In this document: one piece after another, positions 40,592-49,176 of the stretch | Numbering within the stretch: the stretch's first letter is position 1 | Layout of the letters: each line of letters opens with the position of its first letter | Assembly: GCA_035258845.1 (NCBI GenBank) | Contig: DATFWX010000154.1 | Span: 2,659 to 66,658 of the forward strand | From: Polyangia bacterium | GTDB lineage: Bacteria; Myxococcota_A; Polyangia; JAHFDS01; DATFWX01 | DNA length: 64,000 nt | Direction of reading: 5' to 3' | Translations under genes and position numbers: made by a program | Notes under the pieces: generated by a model | Seen by the model: the letters and a program-made list of their open reading frames with translations, nothing else | Databases searched by the model: none | What the model was told of the DNA's origin: nothing

Positions 40592-41503
40592 GTGGGGAGC
40601 TTCGAGTATCGATCGCGCCTGCGCATCGCGGGGCTGCCGCTCGTGCACGTGACCTGGCCGCGCACGCGCAAGCGGCCCCTGGCACTGGGCAGCGATCCCG
40701 ACACCTTCCCGCTCGCACCCGGCGCCTGCGGAATCGTGGCCATCGGCCCGGCGGCTTGCGGCGTGGTCGCCATCGGCTGGACATGCGCGTTTGGGGTGGT
40801 CGCCATCTCGCCGGTGCTGGCGGTCGGGCTTCTGGCCGGCTGCGGGGGGCTGGCGGCATTTGGGCTGGCGGCGCTGGGGGTTCTCGGTGCGGGCGTCGTA
40901 TGGCCGAGCGGGCTTTTGTGGGCGGCGCCGCTTGGGATCCGCGCGGCCGAGGCGGCGGTGGCGTGGTCGGGGGTCGGGCTGTGGCTGGGGCTGGCGCGGC
41001 GCGAGCGCTGGCAGAAGGTGCGGCGCCTGAGCGCGCGACACGCGATGCGGGGGCGGATCGTGCCGCTTTCGACCGTGCCGGCGCCGCTCTACCAGGTGCC
41101 GTGCGTGTTCTACCACGCGCGCTGGACCGAGCTCGGCACGCGCATCGCCGAGTGCGGCGTCGATTTCCTGGTGGCGGACGCAGGCGGTGCCACCGTGCGC
41201 GTGGAAGCGGCCGGCCTGACCTCGCTGCTCGAGCCGCCGCCCGTGCGCGGCGACCAGACCGCGGTCGGGTTCCTGGCGGCCGGGGACGTGGTGACCGTGG
41301 GCGGCGATCGCGACTGGGAGCCCGACCCTTGGGGCGCCAGCGCCGGCTACCGGACCTCGCCCTTGCGCGGCGTGCTCAAGAACGCGGTGGTGACCAACCG
41401 CGAGGTGGCGCAGCTGCGGGCGGAAGTGCGGGTGTGGCCGCTTCTGGCCGCGACCTATCTTGGCGCGGCGGCGGGCGCGGTGGCGCTCGCGCTGGCGAGC
41501 TGA
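40592..41503 (+). CDS. membrane protein with G(I/V)VAIG repeats and a GIDE-like C-terminal domain (tentative)
   Basis: GTG start. GIVAIG / GVVAIG / GVVAIS repeats sit within TM-like segments. The C-terminal ...RGRIVPLSTVPAPLYQVPCVFYH...VDFLVADAGGATVRVEAAG... resembles GIDE-type domains. Confidence 0.5.
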   Translation: MGSFEYRSRLRIAGLPLVHVTWPRTRKRPLALGSDPDTFPLAPGACGIVAIGPAACGVVAIGWTCAFGVVAISPVLAVGLLAGCGGLAAFGLAALGVLGAGVVWPSGLLWAAPLGIRAAEAAVAWSGVGLWLGLARRERWQKVRRLSARHAMRGRIVPLSTVPAPLYQVPCVFYHARWTELGTRIAECGVDFLVADAGGATVRVEAAGLTSLLEPPPVRGDQTAVGFLAAGDVVTVGGDRDWEPDPWGASAGYRTSPLRGVLKNAVVTNREVAQLRAEVRVWPLLAATYLGAAAGAVALALAS

Positions 41504-41513
41504 CCTGAGGTTT

Positions 41514-41550
41514 CGCGGGCTACGGGTCCCGCGCTACGGGTCCCGCGCTA
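41514..41550. repeat. tandem 14-nt repeat GCTACGGGTCCCGC (2.3 copies) with hairpin potential
   Basis: CGCGG GCTACGGGTCCCGC GCTACGGGTCCCGC GCTA. CGCGGG pairs with CCCGCG. It lies between two convergent 3' ends. Confidence 0.7.
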
Positions 41551-41839
41551 GGCGAGGTGCATGGCGCAGCCCGCGCGCAGAAGCCAGGTTGGGGCCGCAA
41601 CCACCTGTGGCGGGCCCCAGCGTGGGTCGAGTGTGAGTGAGCAGTAGTCGTCGCGCCAGGCGGGCGGCAGCGGCTGGCCGCGGCGGGCTGCGTGCTGATG
41701 GGCGTTGCGCAGAGCGTAGCGGCGCGCGATTGCGACCTCGGTCGGGCTGCGCAGCGGGCGCGCATGGTAGCGATCGAGAAACACGCTGCCCCGGCGGCCC
41801 AGCACGCGGTTGAGGCCGCGGGCGTTCCGCCGGGCCGGG
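41548..41839 (-). pseudogene. 5'-truncated IS200/RayT-like (Y1 tyrosine transposase) remnant
   Basis: Only the last ~95 codons of ORF 41548..42189 look protein-like. ...RRGSVFLDRYHARPLRSPTEVAIARRYALRNAHQHA... resembles the C-terminal Tyr-motif region of Y1 transposases. No HUH-containing N-terminus is present, because that space is occupied by the upstream lipoprotein gene. Confidence 0.4.
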
Positions 41840-42379
41840 TCAGATCTCGTCGCCCGCGCGCGTGAAGCCGCGCAAGACCGCGTGCGTGACGCTGCCGCCG
41901 CCGCTGACCACGACGTCGACCGGGCCCACGCCGGGCGCGAACGTGGTGCGCGTGCGCACGCCCGCGTCATCGGCTTCCTCCACCACCACGCAGCCAGCAA
42001 ACGTTCCCGCGGGCGTGGCCACGCGCGCGCCGGCTTGCACAATGCGGGCCCGGCCGCCACCCGGCAGCTCCCAGCTCGTGCCCATCTCGAGCGGCAGCTT
42101 GAGCACATATTTTCCGGGCGGGACGCGCACGATGCCGTCGGGGCGCACCTGGTAGCCGAAGTCGCCCATGCGCACGTCCGTGCCGTCACGCGCCTCCACC
42201 CGGACCACCACCAGCGTGCCGTCGACGTCGTAGCTCCAGGCGTTGCCGGGCGCGAGCGGAAAGAAGGCTTCGGGCGTCGACGCCGTGCTCGGCTGCGCGG
42301 GCCCCGCGGTCGCGCAGCCCAGGCCGCCCCAGGTGAGCGCCACTCCGGCCAGTGTCACCGCTGCGCTACACTTTCTCAT
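41840..42379 (-). CDS. lipoprotein, unknown function
   Basis: MRKCSAAVTLAGVALTWGGLGC carries a lipobox. 179 aa. Confidence 0.6.
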   Translation of the reverse strand: MRKCSAAVTLAGVALTWGGLGCATAGPAQPSTASTPEAFFPLAPGNAWSYDVDGTLVVVRVEARDGTDVRMGDFGYQVRPDGIVRVPPGKYVLKLPLEMGTSWELPGGGRARIVQAGARVATPAGTFAGCVVVEEADDAGVRTRTTFAPGVGPVDVVVSGGGSVTHAVLRGFTRAGDEI

Positions 42380-42827
42380 CTGCGGTCGGCTGCGGCACCG
42401 CGAGCACCGGACAGCGGGCCTCGCGCACCACTTTGTGAACCACCGATCCGAGCAGCTCGTGCACGCGGCCGCTTCCGCGCGAGCCGATCACGATGAGGTC
42501 GGCGCCCCAGGCGGTTGCCTGCTCGAGGATCTGGAGCGCCGGCGCACCCGAGACCATGCGCCGCTCGGCCGGCCGCTCGCCCACGTGCCGCTTCACGAAC
42601 GCAGCCAGCGCCTCTTCGCCGCGCGCCCGCATGTCGTCGACCATCTGCTGATTGACCTGACCGTAGTAGTAGGGATAGGCGCTGATGATGGGCAGGTGGC
42701 GCACGTCGAACACGTGCAGAAACATCACTTCGCCGCCGAATGCCTCGGCAACCTTGAGGCCGCAGCGCGCCGCTTCATCGGAATATTCCGAAAAGTCGGT
42801 GGCGATCAGCACCCGCCGAAACGGCAT
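42366..42827 (-). CDS. universal stress protein (UspA family)
   Basis: ...VLIATDFSE... and ...LIVIGSRGSGRVHELLGSVVHKVVREARCPVLAV. Confidence 0.85.
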   Translation of the reverse strand: MPFRRVLIATDFSEYSDEAARCGLKVAEAFGGEVMFLHVFDVRHLPIISAYPYYYGQVNQQMVDDMRARGEEALAAFVKRHVGERPAERRMVSGAPALQILEQATAWGADLIVIGSRGSGRVHELLGSVVHKVVREARCPVLAVPQPTADEKV

Positions 42828-42841
42828 CCTCCGACGTTACC

Positions 42842-44368
42842 ATGATTCATGATTGCAACCACCTCGCGCGGCGCCGAGTCCGTGGTATCTTCCGGGTGGT
42901 GGGAGGAGGATCGGCCGGGATCGGGCGCAGCCTCATGCTTGCGCTGATCTTGCTCAGCGCGGTCGCACTCCTGCGCGCTCCGACGCTGGTCGTGCCGATT
43001 TTCAACTCGGACGAAGCTTACCTGGCTGTGCAGGCGCACGTGCTGCGCGACGGTGGGCGACTCTATCACGACGTCGCCGACCGCAAGCCGCCGCTGGTCC
43101 CGTACCTGTACGCAGCCACCTTCGCGGTGCGCGGGGCCGACGACCTGATCGCGGTGCACGTGCTCGCGATCGGGTGGCTGTTCGCGACCGCGCTGGTTCT
43201 GGCCTGGGATGCCAAACAGCGCTCGGGCGCCTCTGCCGGGCTGTGGGCGGCCGCGCTGTTTGTGGCCGCCAGCGCGTCCTATCTGCCCGCCGAGACGCAG
43301 GCCGCCAACTTTGAAGTGTTCATGCTGCTGCCGGCCTGCCTGGGCATGGCGCTAGCCGGCCGCGGCAAGCCCCTTTCTGCGCTCGCGGCCGGCGCCCTCA
43401 TCGCCGCCGCGACCCTGTGCAAGCAGACCGCGGCCGTGACCCTGCTCGCGGCCGGGTATCGGGTCTTCACGGCGCCCCGGCGCGGTCTGGGCCTGCTTGC
43501 GCTCGGCGCCGCCTTTGTGACCGTCCTCGGCGTCACGGCGGCCGCGCTGGGACCGCGCGAGTTTTACTTCTGGACCGTGGGCGGCAACGCCGGCTATCTG
43601 TCCGCCGACGGCGTGCTCAGCTACGCGTTCGCGCGCTTTGCCATCATCACCGGATCGTTCTTGGTCGCCAACTTCCTTCTGTGTTGGCTGGTCACCCGCG
43701 CCGCGCGCACGCGCGCCCGGCGCGACCTCGATCTATGGGTGTGGCTGTTCACGAGCGCGATCGGCGTGGCCGCCGGCCTGCGCTTCTTCGGCCACTACTA
43801 CCTCCAGCTGCTGCCGCCGGCGTGCCTGCTGGCGGCCGCGCCGGCGTCGGAGCTGGGCGAGCGCGCGCGCAAGCTGGTCGCGGTGGGCCTGACCATCCCG
43901 GCGCTCGTGTTCGCGAGCCTGGGCTTCTATTCGGCTCGCATCCACGACATGCCCGACTACCGCCCGCTGGCGGCCTACGTGCGCGAGCACACGGCGCCCA
44001 CCGATCGGATCGCGATCTGGGGCCACTTCCCCGAGGTCTACTGGGCCTCGGGACGCATGCCCGCCATGCGATTCGTGCACACCGGATTTCTGACCGGCGC
44101 CTCGGGCGGACGGCCGGCCGGCTCGGCCACCGAGCATTTCGCCACGCCGGGCGCGTGGGAGCTTCTGTTCCAGGACTTCCACACGCATCCGCCCCGGCTC
44201 GTGATCGACACGTCGCCGGCCCGCTTGCGTGACTACGAGCACTACCCGATTGCGCGCTATCCGCGCCTGCGCGACTACCTTTCGGAGCATTACCATCAGT
44301 CGGCCACCGTGGATGGAATGGTGATCTACGCGCGCACCGACAGCGCCTCGACCGCTGCCATAAGGTAG
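42842..44368 (+). CDS. GT-C fold (ArnT/PMT, family-39-like) polytopic membrane glycosyltransferase
   Basis: ...FNSDEAYLAVQAHVL..GGRLYHDVADRKPPLVPYLY... is the first-loop motif. About 10 TM segments with a C-terminal soluble domain. The start is uncertain (42842, 42896 or 42935). Paralogue of 55891..57348. Confidence 0.7.
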   Translation: MIHDCNHLARRRVRGIFRVVGGGSAGIGRSLMLALILLSAVALLRAPTLVVPIFNSDEAYLAVQAHVLRDGGRLYHDVADRKPPLVPYLYAATFAVRGADDLIAVHVLAIGWLFATALVLAWDAKQRSGASAGLWAAALFVAASASYLPAETQAANFEVFMLLPACLGMALAGRGKPLSALAAGALIAAATLCKQTAAVTLLAAGYRVFTAPRRGLGLLALGAAFVTVLGVTAAALGPREFYFWTVGGNAGYLSADGVLSYAFARFAIITGSFLVANFLLCWLVTRAARTRARRDLDLWVWLFTSAIGVAAGLRFFGHYYLQLLPPACLLAAAPASELGERARKLVAVGLTIPALVFASLGFYSARIHDMPDYRPLAAYVREHTAPTDRIAIWGHFPEVYWASGRMPAMRFVHTGFLTGASGGRPAGSATEHFATPGAWELLFQDFHTHPPRLVIDTSPARLRDYEHYPIARYPRLRDYLSEHYHQSATVDGMVIYARTDSASTAAIR

Positions 44369-44404
44369 CCGTCCCGCAAAACCTCCCTTATCATTCTATG
44401 CGCC

Positions 44405-46885
44405 TTGAGTTTCGCCGGGACCTATATCCGCTTCTTGTGCCGACGCCCCGGGCTGATCTTTGCGGCCGCGGTGGCCCTGCTCGTGCCCTCGTTGTGGCTG
44501 GCCGCAAAGCTCGAGCTCAAGACCGACTTCAAGGATCTTCTGCCCAAGCGGCGGCGCTCGGTGACCGAGCTCGAGCGCATCTCCAAGCACGTCGGCGGCA
44601 ACTCCTCGCTCGTGATCGCCGTCGAGGGCGACGACCTGGCGGCCATGGAGCGCTACGCCGATGACCTGGCGGCGCGGCTGCGCGCGCTGCCACCGGGCCT
44701 GATCGATCATGTCGACGAGTCGGTGCGGGCCGAGCGCGCCTTCTTCGAGCGCAACCGGTGGCTGTACGCAAGCGTCCAGGATCTGGAAAAAGTGCGCGAT
44801 GCGATCGAGAAGCGGGTCATCGCCGAGACGCCCTTCGACCTGGGCCTCGAAGAAGACGACCAGGCGCACGCGTCCGGGACCCGCGCCGCCAGCGACGATC
44901 TGAAAGCGCTCAAGCGCAAGCTCGAGGCCAAGGCGGCCCAGCTCGACAAGTTCCCGGGCGGCTACTACGCGGGCGAAAATGGGCACCTCTTGGCCCTGTT
45001 CGCCTACGCGGCCGGCAACGTGGGCACCGATTTCGACGCCGCCCAGCGGCTCCTCGATCGGGTGCGGGCGGAAGCGGAGGCGCAGGGGCCGCGCAGCTAC
45101 CATCCGTCGCTGCGCGTGACCCTGACCGGAGACCTCTTGACCGGAATCGAGGAATACAAAGCGGTCAAGGGCGACATCTTTCTGGCCAGCTCGATCTGCA
45201 TCTCGCTGGTGCTGCTTGTAATCGTGCTGTTTTACGGGCGGCTGCGCTCGCTGACCATCCTGGGCGTGACGCTGACGGTGGGCGTGGGAGTAACGTTTGG
45301 CTTCGCCCGCCTGACCATCGGCTATCTCAACACCTCGACCGCCTTTCTGGGCAGCATCGTGGCCGGCAACGGCATCAACTTCGCCATCGTCATGCTCGCG
45401 CGCTACTTCGAGGAGCGGCGGCGCGGGCGCGCGATCGAGGATGCAGTCGATCTGGCGGTGCGGCGTACCGCGCCCGCCACCGGCGGCGCAGCCCTGGCGG
45501 CCGGCATCGCGTATGGGTCACTGATGCTGACCGATTTTCGGGGCTTCAACCAGTTCGGGGTCATCGGCGGCTTCGGGATGCTGATCTGCTGGATCGCAGC
45601 CTATACGGTCGGCCCGGCCATGATCGTTCTGTGCGAGCGCATCCCGCTGCTCGCCGGTCGCAGCGAGCGGCCCTGGCGCAACCTGTTCTCGCAGCCGTTC
45701 GCGGCCGCGGTGCGGCGCGCCCCGCGCGCGCTGCTGCTTGCGGCTGGCCTTTTGTCGGCGCTCGGGGTCGTTCTGACCGTTCGCTTTCTGGCGCGCGACC
45801 CGTTCGAGTACGACTTTGGCAAGCTGCGCAACAATCAGGTGCGGCGCACCAGCTACGCGTTCGAGGTGTCCAAACGCGTGTCGCGCATCCGCGGCGAGGG
45901 CGGCGACGGCCTGGTGCTCTTGGCCGAGCGGCCCGACCAGGTGCCCCTCATCAAGGGCGAGCTGGAACGGCGTCGGCGTGCGGCCGGGGCGGCTTCGCCC
46001 ATCGGCAGCGTGACCGCGGTCGAGGAGCTCCTGCCCGAGCGCCAGGGCGAGAAGCTTGCGCTTCTGGCCCATATCCGCAGCATCATCGACAAGTCCAGGG
46101 ACGCGCTCGACGACGAGGATCGCAAGCTGGCGCTCGACGAGCGGCCGCCCGAGACGCTGCGCGCGCTCACCGTGGCCGACCTGCCGCGCAAGCTCACCGA
46201 GCCCTTTACCGAGAAGGACGGGCGCAAAGGCCGCATCGTGTTCATTCAGCCCGCCAAGTGGCTCAACTCCTGGGGCGGCCACGACCTGATCCAGCTCGCG
46301 CGCGCGGTCGAGGAGCTGCGTCTGGACGACGGCGAGACCGTGTACACGTCGGGCCAGGCGGTGGTGTTCGCGGACATGCTGCGCAGCGTGCTCGCCGACG
46401 GCCCGCGCGCGGTCGCATGCTCACTCTTGGGGGTTCTCATGCTGATCCTCGCCCTGATGCGACGCGTGCGCGCGAGCCTGCTCACGCTGGCGACCCTGTT
46501 GTGCGGCACCAGCGTGATGCTGGGCCTGGCCTCGGTCCTGGGCTGGAGGCTGAACTTCCTCAACTTCGTCGCCATCCCGATCACGCTCGGGGTGGGCGCC
46601 GACTATGCCATCAACATGGTGCGCCGGCACCTGGATGAGCCCGACCTTCCGCCCGATCAGGTGGTCGCCACCACCGGCGGCGCCGTCACCCTGTGCAGCA
46701 TGACCACGATCATCGGCTACAGCTCGCTCCTCATCGCCGACAACAGCGCGCTAGTCTCGTTTGGGATGCTGGCCGCGCTCGGCGAGGTCACCTGTCTGAC
46801 CACGGCGGTGGCGTTTCTGCCGGCGCTGGTCCGCCTGCTCCGGCCGCGCCGGGCCCCCGCCTCGGCGGCCGACGCCGCGGCATAA
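44405..46885 (+). CDS. MMPL/RND-superfamily transporter
   Basis: 826 codons. Two 6-TM bundles, each preceded by a large loop (...LTILGVTLTVGVGVTFG..., ...LATLLCGTSVMLGLAS...). TTG start. Paralogue of 51851..54331. Confidence 0.8.
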   Translation: MSFAGTYIRFLCRRPGLIFAAAVALLVPSLWLAAKLELKTDFKDLLPKRRRSVTELERISKHVGGNSSLVIAVEGDDLAAMERYADDLAARLRALPPGLIDHVDESVRAERAFFERNRWLYASVQDLEKVRDAIEKRVIAETPFDLGLEEDDQAHASGTRAASDDLKALKRKLEAKAAQLDKFPGGYYAGENGHLLALFAYAAGNVGTDFDAAQRLLDRVRAEAEAQGPRSYHPSLRVTLTGDLLTGIEEYKAVKGDIFLASSICISLVLLVIVLFYGRLRSLTILGVTLTVGVGVTFGFARLTIGYLNTSTAFLGSIVAGNGINFAIVMLARYFEERRRGRAIEDAVDLAVRRTAPATGGAALAAGIAYGSLMLTDFRGFNQFGVIGGFGMLICWIAAYTVGPAMIVLCERIPLLAGRSERPWRNLFSQPFAAAVRRAPRALLLAAGLLSALGVVLTVRFLARDPFEYDFGKLRNNQVRRTSYAFEVSKRVSRIRGEGGDGLVLLAERPDQVPLIKGELERRRRAAGAASPIGSVTAVEELLPERQGEKLALLAHIRSIIDKSRDALDDEDRKLALDERPPETLRALTVADLPRKLTEPFTEKDGRKGRIVFIQPAKWLNSWGGHDLIQLARAVEELRLDDGETVYTSGQAVVFADMLRSVLADGPRAVACSLLGVLMLILALMRRVRASLLTLATLLCGTSVMLGLASVLGWRLNFLNFVAIPITLGVGADYAINMVRRHLDEPDLPPDQVVATTGGAVTLCSMTTIIGYSSLLIADNSALVSFGMLAALGEVTCLTTAVAFLPALVRLLRPRRAPASAADAAA

Positions 46886-46938
46886 CACTCCGAGCAGCCT
46901 TGACGACCGGCCGCGCTGCCGGCACAGTTTGTCCCGAC

Positions 46939-47745
46939 ATGCTCGAGGGCAAGCGGGTCACGGTGGTCATGCCGGCCTACAACGCCGCGCTGACGCTCGA
47001 GCGCACGCTGCGCGAGGTGAATCGGGAGGTGGCCGACGACATCATCCTGGTCGACGACGCCAGCCACGATGGCACCGCGGACATCGCGCGGCGGCTCGGC
47101 CTGCGCACGCTCGTGCACGACCGCAACCGCGGCTACGGCGGCAACCAGAAAACCTGCTACACGGAGGCGCTGCGCACGCGCGCCGACGTGATCGTCATGC
47201 TGCACCCCGACTACCAGTACACGCCCAAGCTGCTCCTCGCGATGGCCTCGCTGATCGCGGTCGACCAGTTCGACGTGGTGCTGGGCTCGCGCATCCTGTC
47301 GGGGGGCGCGCTCAAGGGTGGCATGCCGCTCTACAAGTACGCGGCCAACCGGGCGCTGACCGCGTTCGAGAACCTGTGCACGGGTGCCAAGCTCAGCGAG
47401 TACCACACCGGCTACCGCGCGTTCTCGCGCGGTGTGTTGGAGACGCTGCCGCTCGAAGAGAACAGCGACGACTTCGTGTTCGACGCCCAGATGCTGGCGC
47501 AATGCATCTATTTCGGCTTCCGCGTGGGCGAGGTCAGCTGCCCGACCCGGTATGCCCCCGACTCTTCGTCGATCAACTTCCGACGCAGCCTGGTGTACGG
47601 GCTCGGCGTGGTGGGCGTGAGCGCGCTCTTCCGGGCCAGCAAGTGGGGCCTCGTCCGAAGCCGTACGTTCGATCCGGCCGGGCGCCGCCTGGGCACGCAT
47701 CCGGCCGCACAGCTGGACGGAGCGGCCGCGCGCGAGCGCCGATAG
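46939..47745 (+). CDS. family-2 glycosyltransferase (polyprenyl-phosphate sugar synthase / DPM1-ArnC-like)
   Basis: Start at Met83 of ORF 46693..47745. VTVVMPAYNAALTLERTL...ILVDDASHDGT...NRGYGGNQKTCY... Confidence 0.8.
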   Translation: MLEGKRVTVVMPAYNAALTLERTLREVNREVADDIILVDDASHDGTADIARRLGLRTLVHDRNRGYGGNQKTCYTEALRTRADVIVMLHPDYQYTPKLLLAMASLIAVDQFDVVLGSRILSGGALKGGMPLYKYAANRALTAFENLCTGAKLSEYHTGYRAFSRGVLETLPLEENSDDFVFDAQMLAQCIYFGFRVGEVSCPTRYAPDSSSINFRRSLVYGLGVVGVSALFRASKWGLVRSRTFDPAGRRLGTHPAAQLDGAAARERR

Positions 47746-49176
47746 ATGGCGCCCCTGCGCAGGCGGCGGCCGGATCGCGCGCTCGCGCTGGCGCTGTTCG
47801 CCGTCAGCGCGGCCACCTCCGTGCTGCTCGACGCGGGCCTGGTCTGCAGCAACGATGGCGCGCACTACGCGCTCGTGCGCGCGCTGGCCGAAGATCACAG
47901 CGCCCGCATCGATGGCCAGCTCGGCTATGCGCAGGGCATCGACTACTCGGAGCACGACGGCCACGCCTACTCGGACCGGCCGCCCGGCACCGCCCTGGCC
48001 GCCCTGCCCTTCTACCTGGTCGCGCGTGCGCTGGGCGCGAGCGACGCCGGCCGGCAGTTTGCCTGCGCTCTTCTGGCGGCGCTGGCGGGCGCCCTGGCGA
48101 CCGTGCTGACCTACCTCATCGCAAGGCGGCTCGGCCTGTCGCTGGCGGGCGCGACCGCAGCCGCGCTCGCGCTGGCGCTGTGCACGCCCGTGCGCACCTA
48201 CTCGAGCGCGCTCTGGAACCACGCGCCCGCGGCCGCCCTGACCGCGCTCACAGTCTGGTTGGCACTGGGGCTCGAAGAGAAGCGGTCGAGCGCGCGACTG
48301 CTTGCGCTGGGCGGTGCGGCCGGATACGTGGTCGGCGTCGACTACTCGACCGCGCTCTCGTCGGTGCTCCTGGTCGCGCTGGTGGGATGGCGGTGGCGGC
48401 GCGACCTGGGCGCGCTGGCGCCGCTTGTGCTCGGCTGCGCGCTCGGGCTCGCGCCCGCTCTCGCCTACCACACGATCGCGTTCGGCGGGCCGTTTGCGAC
48501 CCCCTACCAATTCCACAACCTGCGCTACCACGGGGGCGTGTTTGCCAATACGCGCAGCCTGCGCGCCATGTACGGCGGCTCCTTTGTCGAGGGGTTTTTC
48601 GGGCTTTTGGGCAGCTGGCGGGCGGGGCTGCTCCTGTACAGCCCGATCCTTTTCAGCGGCTTTCTGGTGCTGCCGCGCTTCTTGCGCTTGCTGGGACGGC
48701 GGAGGGCGCTGATGGTGGTCGCGCCATGGGTGCTGACCCTGCTGGTCGCCGCCAAGCACGTCACCTGGCACGGCGGCGCGCCGCACGATGCGCGCTACCT
48801 CAGCGCCGTGATGCCTCTTTTCTGCCTGCCGGTCGGGCTGGCGCTCGATCGCGTGCACGACCACCTGGGCTGGCTGGCCGGCTTTGGCGCGCTGTTCTTC
48901 CTGTCGGCGACCATCCAGGTGGTCAAGCACGCCGCCGGCTGGATGCGCGATGTCCAGCCCTGGATCGTCGCTTTTGGCCAGACCCTGCCCGGCGACCCCG
49001 GGCCCACCGCACGCGCTTTTCTGGCCTGGCTGTTTCCGCATCCGATTGCAGCCGGCTGTGTGCTCGGCCTGGGCCTTTCCGCCGCGGCCGTGCTGGCGCG
49101 CTATGGCGCTTCCGAGCTCGAGGCGGCCGGCGGCAGAAGCGGGGCCACCGCAATCGGCTCGCCGACCACGCGGTAG
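47746..49176 (+). CDS. polytopic membrane protein, GT-C-like
   Basis: The ATG immediately follows the GT2 stop. ...CSNDGAHYALVRALAE... then ...YSDRPPGTALAALPFY... About 11 TM segments. Confidence 0.65.
   Translation: MAPLRRRRPDRALALALFAVSAATSVLLDAGLVCSNDGAHYALVRALAEDHSARIDGQLGYAQGIDYSEHDGHAYSDRPPGTALAALPFYLVARALGASDAGRQFACALLAALAGALATVLTYLIARRLGLSLAGATAAALALALCTPVRTYSSALWNHAPAAALTALTVWLALGLEEKRSSARLLALGGAAGYVVGVDYSTALSSVLLVALVGWRWRRDLGALAPLVLGCALGLAPALAYHTIAFGGPFATPYQFHNLRYHGGVFANTRSLRAMYGGSFVEGFFGLLGSWRAGLLLYSPILFSGFLVLPRFLRLLGRRRALMVVAPWVLTLLVAAKHVTWHGGAPHDARYLSAVMPLFCLPVGLALDRVHDHLGWLAGFGALFFLSATIQVVKHAAGWMRDVQPWIVAFGQTLPGDPGPTARAFLAWLFPHPIAAGCVLGLGLSAAAVLARYGASELEAAGGRSGATAIGSPTTR

Noticed and set aside
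49101-49176. 76-nt convergent overlap of the 3' ends of 47746..49176 (+) and 49101..50906 (-), and the 32-nt overlap at 20029..20060. Considered as signs of frameshift or misassembly.
   Set aside because: Both stop codons are fixed by the sequence, and both C-termini continue plausible protein sequence. Modest convergent overlaps are common in high-GC genomes. There is no evidence of a frameshift.
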